A program made the translations under genes and the position numbers. Below, one piece after another: positions 1 to 5,295 of a DNA stretch of 7,570 nucleotides. Numbering within the stretch: the first letter of the stretch is position 1; every line of letters starts with the position of its first letter. This DNA comes from a virus (Duplodnaviria > Heunggongvirae > Uroviricota > Caudoviricetes): the IMG/VR virus record IMGVR_UViG_2585427790_000004, positions 1 to 7,570 of that record; one strand, given 5' to 3'. A model generated the notes under the pieces. That model saw only the letters and a program-made list of their open reading frames with translations. It was not told the DNA's origin and did not search any database.

Positions 1-93
1 GCACTGGCGCTCGGGCGTCGTGCGATTGGCGTTGAACTGGAGACCGGACGTTTTGAGCAGACAGTCAGGGAAGTTCAGGATTTAATCGTTTGA
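1..93 (+). CDS. 3' end of an ORF entering from upstream (5' partial); C-terminus resembles a beta-class DNA N6-adenine/N4-cytosine methyltransferase
   Basis: Frame 1 is open from position 1 to TGA at 91-93 and translates to ALALGRRAIGVELETGRFEQTVREVQDLIV*. The A-x-x-G-R-R-x-I-G-x-E pattern resembles the segment after the FxGxG AdoMet motif near the C-terminus of beta-class methyltransferases. Only 30 residues are visible, so the family call is tentative. Confidence 0.4.
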   Translation, partial: ALALGRRAIGVELETGRFEQTVREVQDLIV

Positions 94-104
94 AACGGAT
101 GATA

Positions 105-133
105 TTGAAGAATTAATTACGCGTCGTTATTAT
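105..133 (+). promoter_or_regulatory. sigma70-like promoter for the tRNA cluster
   Basis: TTGAAG at 105-110, a 17-bp spacer, then TATTAT at 128-133; the first tRNA begins at 143, about 9 nt downstream. Confidence 0.5.
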
Positions 134-142
134 GCGGCTCCC

Positions 143-218
143 GGCCCTTTAGCTCAGTGGTGAGAGCGAGCGACTCATAATCGCCAGGTCGCTGGTTCAA
201 ATCCAGCAAGGGCCACCA
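143..218 (+). tRNA. ileZ: tRNA with CAU anticodon, most likely tRNA-Ile2 (lysidine type) rather than tRNA-Met
   Basis: Cloverleaf read by hand: acceptor GGCCCTT (143-149) pairs with AAGGGCC (208-214), discriminator A, encoded CCA at 216-218; D stem GCTC/GAGC; anticodon loop CTCATAA; T loop TTCAAAT. Closely resembles E. coli ileX as I recall it. The symbol follows the 933W naming from memory. Confidence 0.85.
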
Positions 219-225
219 TCACATA

Positions 226-302
226 CCGCCATTAGCTCATCAGGATAGAGCGCCAGCCTTCGAAGCTGGTTGCGCGGGGTTCGAGTCCTCGATGGCGGTC
301 CA
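226..302 (+). tRNA. argN: tRNA-Arg (anticodon UCG, reads CGA/CGG)
   Basis: Acceptor CCGCCAT (226-232) pairs with ATGGCGG (292-298), discriminator T, encoded CCA at 300-302; D stem GCTC/GAGC; anticodon stem CCAGC/GCTGG with loop CTTCGAA (anticodon TCG at 260-262); T loop TTCGAGT. Unusual C1:G72 first pair. Starts 7 nt after the previous tRNA. Confidence 0.8.
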
Positions 303-315
303 TTATCTGTACCCT

Positions 316-392
316 GCGTTGTTAGCTCAGCCGGACAGAGCAATTGCCTTCTAAGCAATCGGTCACTGGTTCGAATCCAGTACAACGCGCCA
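316..392 (+). tRNA. argO: tRNA-Arg (anticodon UCU, reads AGA/AGG)
   Basis: Acceptor GCGTTGT (316-322) pairs with ACAACGC (382-388), discriminator G, CCA at 390-392; anticodon stem ATTGC/GCAAT with loop CTTCTAA (anticodon TCT at 350-352); T loop TTCGAAT. Resembles E. coli argU. Confidence 0.88.
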
Positions 393-406
393 CACTTATT
401 TTCCCT

Positions 407-432
407 GGCTCGCTTTTGCGGGCCTTTTTTTT
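407..432 (+). terminator. rho-independent terminator after the tRNA cluster
   Basis: Stem GGCTCGC (407-413) / GCGGGCC (418-424) with one G-U pair, loop TTTT, followed by a run of 8 T (425-432). Confidence 0.7.
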
Positions 433-627
433 AAATGTCTCACAATTCAGACGGTTGACTGTTGTCTGGTTGGCGGGGAGTTTGTTAAAAGAAACTGGCA
501 TGGTGAATCCCCCTGTGCGGAGGGGCAATCAGCGAGTAGGTATATGGGATAATCGCGGATTCAGGTGCTGGTACTGAATTCACCGGGAGGCACCCGGCAC
601 CATGCAATGGCACATAGCGCCACTCTC

Positions 628-662
628 CAGCCCCTCTCCGGAGGGGCTGTTTATATTGATTT
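628..662 (+). terminator. rho-independent terminator-like hairpin
   Basis: Perfect 9-bp stem CAGCCCCTC (628-636) / GAGGGGCTG (641-649), loop TCCG, followed by the T-rich tract TTTATATTGATTTT. It lies just before the convergent end of the minus-strand ORF at 684. Confidence 0.5.
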
Positions 663-683
663 TGTCAGATGTGAGTAAACTGC

Positions 684-1019
684 TTATGGACTTTGTTGTT
701 TTAGCCCATAAGGACATATTTGCAGAGTGCAACGGTTATTAAAGCATTCATTCAATACGTTATCTGTATTTGTAGGGCATTCCTGGCTGTTTTTGATTAA
801 ATTCCAGAATGTTTTATTGAATGGTACTACGTTGTAAATGGTTACAGGTAGCACTTTGTTATTGAGCATGATGCCTGTGTGAGTCAGTGTAAATATACTT
901 TCAGGAGGTAAGAAAGCATCCGATTGATACCAGATTATTAATTTTATTTTACTCCATATGACTGAAAAAGATATTCCGCATGATGGCTGGATAACTGTAT
1001 CAATCACAATCCACTTCAT
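684..1019 (-). CDS. hypothetical 111-aa protein in an AT-rich island, no family recognised
   Basis: Open frame of 111 codons in very AT-rich DNA, where stop codons are frequent. Good Shine-Dalgarno AAGGAA 6 nt upstream of the ATG (complement of 1017-1019). A candidate sigma70 promoter lies upstream on the minus strand (TTTACA / TATACT, complement of about 1060-1086). The protein ([22 protein letters not shown]...) matches nothing I know. Confidence 0.4.
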   Translation of the reverse strand: MKWIVIDTVIQPSCGISFSVIWSKIKLIIWYQSDAFLPPESIFTLTHTGIMLNNKVLPVTIYNVVPFNKTFWNLIKNSQECPTNTDNVLNECFNNRCTLQICPYGLKQQSP

Positions 1020-1279
1020 TTAGTTTCCTTGTTTATGCCTTGCTGGTGATGTTCTGAAAAGTATAAATGATATTTTTGATTGTAAACCATAGAGCAGAAT
1101 TATTTTTCTGATGTTGTTTATTGTTTATTTAAATGCAGGGTGGTTTATATCTCGTCTTGTAGTTTATCCATGCATATCTGCTTGATGATGAGGTTTTTAT
1201 TTAAGGTATGGTTTTGTGTTTTTTCTGTATTACATGTCAGGTATTTTAAAGAATCATTTTTCAGATGGTGGAAAGAACC

Positions 1280-3136
1280 ATGGCATTTAAACACTATGAT
1301 GTTGTCAGGGCGGCGTCGCCGTCAGATCTTGCGGAAAAGCTGACACATAAACTGAAAGAGGGCTGGCAGCCGTTTGGTAGTCCGGTGGCCATAACCCCTT
1401 ATACCCTGATGCAGGCGATTGCAGCAGAAGGTGATGTGGTGGTCAGTGGTGCAACTGAGCCGGATTGGTACTACGTCATCGTACTGGCCGGGCAGTCCAA
1501 TGCCATGGCTTACGGTGAAGGGCTTCCGCTGCCGGATTCATACGATGCGCCCCATCCGCGCATTAAGCAACTGGCCCGTCGTAACACAGTGACTCCCGGT
1601 GGTGAAGTATGCGTATTTAACGACATCATTCCTGCTGACCATTGTCTGCATGATGTTCAGGATATGAGTACGATTAACCATCCCCGGGCTGACCTGAGCA
1701 AAGGGCAGTACGGCTGTGTCGGACAGGGCTTACATATTGCCAAAAAACTGCTTCCGTATATCCCGAATAACGCGGGGATCCTGCTGGTACCATGCTGTCG
1801 TGGTGGTTCGGCATTCACCCAGGGCGCGGAGGGGACATTCAGTGCGGACACGGGGGCCAGCCAGGATTCGGCACGCTGGGGTGTGGGTAAACCGTTATAT
1901 CAGGACCTGATCGCACGCACCAAAGCGGCATTACAGAAGAACCCGAAAAATGTGTTGCTGGCGGTGTGCTGGATGCAGGGCGAATTTGACATGAGCGCTG
2001 CCACCTACGCACAGCAACCGGACCTGTTCACGGCCATGCTGAAGCAGTTCCGTACTGACCTTTCCGGATTTAACGCGCAGTGCCATGGCGGCAGTGCTGC
2101 AGTTGTACCGTGGATTTGTGGCGACACGACGTATTACTGGAAAAACACATACGGCACACAGTATGACTCCGTCTACGGCGCGTACAAAAACAGGGAGAGC
2201 GACAACGTTTTCTTTGTGCCGTTCATGACCGACGGTAACGGCAACAACACGCCCACCAACTTACCGGCAGAAGACCCGGATATTGCTGATGCAGGTTATT
2301 ACGGCGCGCAATCCCGTAGTAATGGTAATTGGGTATCGTCAAATCGTCCGACACATTTCAGTTCATGGGCGCGCAGGGGCATTATTTCGGATCGCCTGGC
2401 AACCGCTATTCTGAACGCAGTTGGTCGAACCAGCGCCTTCATCAGCGGTACCGCACCGGAGATTAAACCCTCGCCCGGCGGCGACACGCCATCGGGGCCG
2501 TCTGATGGTGACACATCCGTTCGTACAGTCTCCCTGCTGCCGACAGCCGGAGAGGCTGCTGCGCAGGGCTGGACCATCACCGGCGGCAGTGTTGCGCTGG
2601 AAGATGGTGTGTTTAAGGTTACCAAGCAGAGCAATAAAACCTGGTCCCTGATGCATCCGGTGGATGACGCAGTCTCCCTGCTGACACGGGGTGGCAGACT
2701 GAGCTGTAAGTTTCGACTGTCAGGCGCACTGATCAACAACCAGTTCGGTCTGGGAATTTATCTGTATACCGATGTAGCGTTACCTGACGTCGTGGCGATG
2801 ACCGGGACTGGTAACCCGTTCCTGATGTCGTTCTTCACCCAGACCACAGACGGCAAACTGAATCTGATGCATCACAGGAAAGCAGGAAACACAAAGTTGG
2901 GCGAGTTCGGGAATTACAGTAACGACTGGCAGACGCTGGAGCTGGTGTTCACCGCCGGCAGTGCCACGGTTACTCCGAAACTGAATGGAGTGGCTGGCCC
3001 GGCATTCCAGGTCATAAAAGACAGTCTGACACTGGGGCTGAATGCGCTGACGCTGACGGATATTACCAAAAATGCAGCGTATGGCGTTGAGATAGAAAGT
3101 CTGGTGCTGGAGATAAATGCACCGGCATCATCATAA
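1280..3136 (+). CDS. nanS-p: prophage sialate 9-O-acetylesterase (NanS-p-like, SASA/DUF303 family)
   Basis: Long ORF (1265..3136 in the ORF track). Contains the GQSN block (VIVLAGQSNAMAYGEG) typical of SGNH-type sialate O-acetylesterases, and sits between the tRNAs and the holin as nanS-p does in Stx phages. Start placed at ATG 1280 (MAFKHYDVV...) because GGTGGAAAG precedes it; the in-frame ATG at 1265 has no Shine-Dalgarno. Confidence 0.85.
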   Translation: MAFKHYDVVRAASPSDLAEKLTHKLKEGWQPFGSPVAITPYTLMQAIAAEGDVVVSGATEPDWYYVIVLAGQSNAMAYGEGLPLPDSYDAPHPRIKQLARRNTVTPGGEVCVFNDIIPADHCLHDVQDMSTINHPRADLSKGQYGCVGQGLHIAKKLLPYIPNNAGILLVPCCRGGSAFTQGAEGTFSADTGASQDSARWGVGKPLYQDLIARTKAALQKNPKNVLLAVCWMQGEFDMSAATYAQQPDLFTAMLKQFRTDLSGFNAQCHGGSAAVVPWICGDTTYYWKNTYGTQYDSVYGAYKNRESDNVFFVPFMTDGNGNNTPTNLPAEDPDIADAGYYGAQSRSNGNWVSSNRPTHFSSWARRGIISDRLATAILNAVGRTSAFISGTAPEIKPSPGGDTPSGPSDGDTSVRTVSLLPTAGEAAAQGWTITGGSVALEDGVFKVTKQSNKTWSLMHPVDDAVSLLTRGGRLSCKFRLSGALINNQFGLGIYLYTDVALPDVVAMTGTGNPFLMSFFTQTTDGKLNLMHHRKAGNTKLGEFGNYSNDWQTLELVFTAGSATVTPKLNGVAGPAFQVIKDSLTLGLNALTLTDITKNAAYGVEIESLVLEINAPASS

Positions 3137-3220
3137 AAAGTGAGCCAGTCAAATGGAAGGTATCGTTAAACTCACCGGTAGTGTCAGTGGGTCGTCTGAG
3201 ATGCCTGCATGAGTTATCAG

Positions 3221-3252
3221 AGCCATCAGTACTTAACTGGTGGCTTTTTTTA
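3221..3252 (+). terminator. rho-independent terminator between nanS-p and the holin
   Basis: Stem AGCCATCAG (3221-3229) / CTGGTGGCT (3237-3245) with one G-U pair, loop TACTTAA, followed by six T and TAT. Confidence 0.6.
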
Positions 3253-3286
3253 TTGTTGTCAGCTTCCGGATAACGGGAGACGGGGT

Positions 3287-3502
3287 ATGTACCAGATGGA
3301 AAAAATCACAACAGGTGTGTCATACACCACGTCAGCGGTGGGAACGGGCTACTGGTTCCTGCAGTTGCTGGACAGGGTTTCCCCGTCTCAGTGGGCGGCA
3401 ATAGGCGTGCTGGGGAGTCTGCTGTTTGGGTTGCTGACATATCTGACTAACCTGTATTTCAAAATCAGAGAGGACCGTCGTAAGGCGGCGCGGGGAGAGT
3501 AA
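3287..3502 (+). CDS. S: class II holin (phage 21 S-like, 71 aa)
   Basis: [71 protein letters not shown]: two transmembrane segments and a charged C-terminus, near-identical in layout to the S21 holin as recalled. GGGAGA Shine-Dalgarno 6 nt upstream. Met1 and Met4 give a dual-start motif. The track ORF from 3209 is an unsupported N-terminal extension. Confidence 0.85.
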   Translation: MYQMEKITTGVSYTTSAVGTGYWFLQLLDRVSPSQWAAIGVLGSLLFGLLTYLTNLYFKIREDRRKAARGE

Positions 3503-3506
3503 AGCG

Positions 3507-3851
3507 ATGAAGAAAAAATACGAACTGGTTGTTAAAGGGATAAATAATTACCCGAATAAGATTACTGTTACTGTGGCACTGGAAATTGGTGGGTATCCGT
3601 CACTGTTGTTGCCAGATGTGGCGATTAGTCTTGACCGTACTGAAGATGCCACGCTGGAGTTTTACGAAGCTGAGGCGAAAAAGCAGGCGAAGCAGTTTTT
3701 CATGGATGTTGCTGCCGGGTTATGTGAAGGGGATGGTCCGTTGCCGGAAAAGCGCCCCGTAATTTTAGAGGCGCAGGATGTGTTGATAACCTACAGAGGA
3801 AAACTACCGGGAATAATTACTGGTTCTCTGAAGACTCCACCGCTGGCCTGA
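3507..3851 (+). CDS. 114-aa protein of unknown function, probably DUF1327 (YdfR-like)
   Basis: Begins 5 nt after the holin stop and lies between holin and endolysin, the position of ydfR in the Qin prophage as I recall. The family assignment is from memory of similar proteins, not a search. Confidence 0.65.
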   Translation: MKKKYELVVKGINNYPNKITVTVALEIGGYPSLLLPDVAISLDRTEDATLEFYEAEAKKQAKQFFMDVAAGLCEGDGPLPEKRPVILEAQDVLITYRGKLPGIITGSLKTPPLA

Positions 3852-3901
3852 AGACTTAACATATCCAGGGATTTGAAATCGATAAACCCTGATAAATATC
3901 C

Positions 3902-4435
3902 ATGAACACCAAAATCAAATACGGCCTGTCGGCTGCCGTTCTGGCGCTGATTGCCGCAGGTGCGCCTGCGCCTGAAATCCTCGACCAGTTTCTGGATGAA
4001 AAGGAAGGTAACCACACCACGGCATACCGTGATGGCGCGGGTATCTGGACCATCTGCCGCGGTGCCATCCTGGTGGATGGCAAACCTGTCGTTCCGGGCA
4101 TGAAGTTGTCGAAGGAAAAATGCGACCGGGTTAACGCCATTGAGCGTGATAAGGCGCTGGCATGGGTGGAGAAAAACATCAGAGTGCCATTGAGTGAACC
4201 CCAGAAAGCGGGGATCGCGTCATTCTGTCCGTACAACATTGGCCCCGGTAAGTGTTTTCCGTCGACGTTTTATAAACGAATTAATGCAGGTGATCGCAGG
4301 GGAGCGTGTGAGGCGATTCGCTGGTGGATTAAGGACGGTGGCAGAGACTGCCGTATTCGCTCAAATAACTGTTACGGTCAGGTATCCCGTCGTGACCAGG
4401 AGAGCGCGCTGGCGTGCTGGGGAATCGACAGATAA
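3902..4435 (+). CDS. R: SAR endolysin (phage lysozyme, GH24 / T4-lysozyme fold)
   Basis: N-terminal Gly/Ala-rich weakly hydrophobic segment (MNTKIKYGLSAAVLALIAAGA) typical of signal-anchor-release endolysins, followed by the catalytic E-x8-D-x5-T spacing (EGNHTTAYRDGAGIWT). 177 aa. Confidence 0.9.
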   Translation: MNTKIKYGLSAAVLALIAAGAPAPEILDQFLDEKEGNHTTAYRDGAGIWTICRGAILVDGKPVVPGMKLSKEKCDRVNAIERDKALAWVEKNIRVPLSEPQKAGIASFCPYNIGPGKCFPSTFYKRINAGDRRGACEAIRWWIKDGGRDCRIRSNNCYGQVSRRDQESALACWGIDR

Positions 4436-4525
4436 GCAGAATATTTTGCTAATCAATGACGTTGGCCAAGGCGGACGGATAACACGAAATCCTGCGAACT
4501 GGCAAAATGTAAGTGAATAAAAGTA

Positions 4526-4558
4526 AAAACCCCGTTTGTTGGCTGCAAGCGGGGTTTT
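4526..4558. terminator. bidirectional terminator-like hairpin in the R-Rz gap
   Basis: 9-bp stem AAAACCCCG (4526-4534) / CGGGGTTTT (4550-4558) around a 15-nt loop; T-rich sequence follows on both strands. The large loop makes strength uncertain. Confidence 0.35.
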
Positions 4559-4633
4559 GTGTTTCCTGACTCTGGAAAAGTCAAAGGAGAAAGTGTGTTT
4601 GATTTTAGCAAACTGATTCGGGAGATTCGAGTG

Positions 4634-4732
4634 ATGGCTGGAAAATTATCCACCTGGAAGTTCATTCTTATCTGGCTGGTGTTTGTGATTATGGCCTCCG
4701 GTTATTTCATCGGTCAGATACGCTGGTGGTGA
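4634..4732 (+). CDS. possible 32-aa single-pass membrane peptide (alternative GTG start at 4595 gives 45 aa)
   Basis: Not in the ORF track because it is too short. ATG 4634 to TGA 4730-4732 encodes MAGKLSTWKFILIWLVFVIMASGYFIGQIRWW with a hydrophobic core. GGGAGA lies 8 nt upstream of the ATG, and AGGAG lies 5 nt upstream of the GTG at 4595. Its stop is 1 nt from the Rz start (TGAAATG). Confidence 0.35.
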   Translation: MAGKLSTWKFILIWLVFVIMASGYFIGQIRWW

Positions 4733-4733
4733 A

Positions 4734-5201
4734 ATGAACCGCGTACTGTGCGTGGTCATCATTGCCCTGCTGGTGGCCTGTGGTGCGCTTAGTCTGGGGC
4801 TGAATCATTACCGTGATAACGCCATAACCTACAAAGAGCAGCGCGATAAAAAAGTCAGTGAGCTGGAGCAGGCAAATGCAACCATTACTGATATGCAGCA
4901 GCGCCAGCGTGATGTTGCTGCACTTGATGCCAGATACTCGAGGGAATTAGCCGATGCGAGAGCTGAAAATGAAACTCTGCGCGCTGACGTTGCCGCTGGT
5001 CGTAAGCGCCTGCGGATCAACGCCACCTGCCCCGGTACCGTGCGTGAAGCCCCCACCACCTCCGGCGTGGATAATGCAACCGGCCCCCGACTGGCAGACA
5101 CCGCTGAACGGGATTATTTCACTCTCAGAGAGCGGTTGATGCTGACGCAGAAGCAGCTGGAAGTGGCGCAGGAATATATCCGCACTCAGTGCCTGAAATA
5201 A
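4734..5201 (+). CDS. Rz: Rz inner-membrane spanin (i-spanin)
   Basis: N-terminal transmembrane segment (MNRVLCVVIIALLVACGALSL) followed by a charged, coiled-coil-like periplasmic domain; position after the endolysin; 155 aa. Confidence 0.9.
   Translation: MNRVLCVVIIALLVACGALSLGLNHYRDNAITYKEQRDKKVSELEQANATITDMQQRQRDVAALDARYSRELADARAENETLRADVAAGRKRLRINATCPGTVREAPTTSGVDNATGPRLADTAERDYFTLRERLMLTQKQLEVAQEYIRTQCLK
4954..5139 (+). CDS. Rz1: Rz1 outer-membrane lipoprotein spanin (o-spanin), embedded in Rz in the +1 frame
   Basis: MRELKMKLCALTLPLVVSACGST...: lipobox LVVSAC and a proline-rich mature region (CVKPPPPPAWIMQPAPDWQTPLNGII) very like lambda Rz1 as recalled; wholly inside Rz. Confidence 0.85.
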   Translation: MRELKMKLCALTLPLVVSACGSTPPAPVPCVKPPPPPAWIMQPAPDWQTPLNGIISLSESG

Positions 5202-5229
5202 GTTTTGCTGATGCGCGGTATTGTCGCCG

Positions 5230-5294
5230 TATCCCCGCATTAACAGAGACCGCAGCCCGACCGGGAGACTCCTCTGCGCGAGTGTGCGGGGATA
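5230..5294. repeat. long imperfect palindrome at the Rz / tail-fibre junction
   Basis: TATCCCCGCA (5230-5239) is the exact reverse complement of TGCGGGGATA (5285-5294); inside are nested pairs CAGAG/CTCTG and CCCG/CGGG. No T-run follows. Confidence 0.5.
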
Positions 5295-5295
5295 A

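Noticed and set aside
344-577. 77-aa + strand ORF
   Set aside because: Overlaps the tRNA-Arg(UCU) gene, its terminator and the hairpin region; no RBS; an artefact of GC-normal non-coding sequence.
510-585. Possible ERIC element
   Set aside because: Only the GTGAATCCCC decamer resembles the ERIC end as I recall it; the rest diverges, so the match is insufficient.
1265-1279. Upstream in-frame ATG (1265) as the nanS-p start
   Set aside because: No Shine-Dalgarno precedes it, whereas ATG 1280 is preceded by GGTGGAAAG at suitable spacing; kept as a possible alternative start.
393-1279. Shiga toxin stxA/stxB genes
   Set aside because: Specifically looked for in the expected slot; no frame resembles the A-subunit or the 89-aa B-subunit.
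1140-1343. 67-aa + strand ORF in the AT-rich island running into the nanS-p start
   Set aside because: Overlaps the start of nanS-p in another frame; no Shine-Dalgarno; low-complexity hydrophobic translation typical of AT-rich noise.
1657-2739. Five overlapping ORFs (1657..1851 -, 1716..1910 +, 2299..2739 -, 2363..2656 -, 2421..2651 +)
   Set aside because: All lie inside nanS-p in other frames or antisense; Arg/Pro-rich low-complexity translations; no independent support.
3209-3286. N-terminal extension of the holin ORF ([26 protein letters not shown])
   Set aside because: It overlaps the terminator hairpin and T-tract and lacks an RBS; the GGGAGA-preceded ATG at 3287 gives the canonical 71-aa class II holin.
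3791-4665. Antisense and alternative-frame ORFs across the endolysin region (3791..4015 -, 3856..4239 -, 4194..4520 +, 4453..4665 -)
   Set aside because: They overlap the well-supported DUF1327, R and hairpin features on the other strand or frame and have no start signals.
4722-4729. Chi site (GCTGGTGG) on the + strand
   Set aside because: A single octamer in 7.5 kb is about the background frequency for E. coli DNA.
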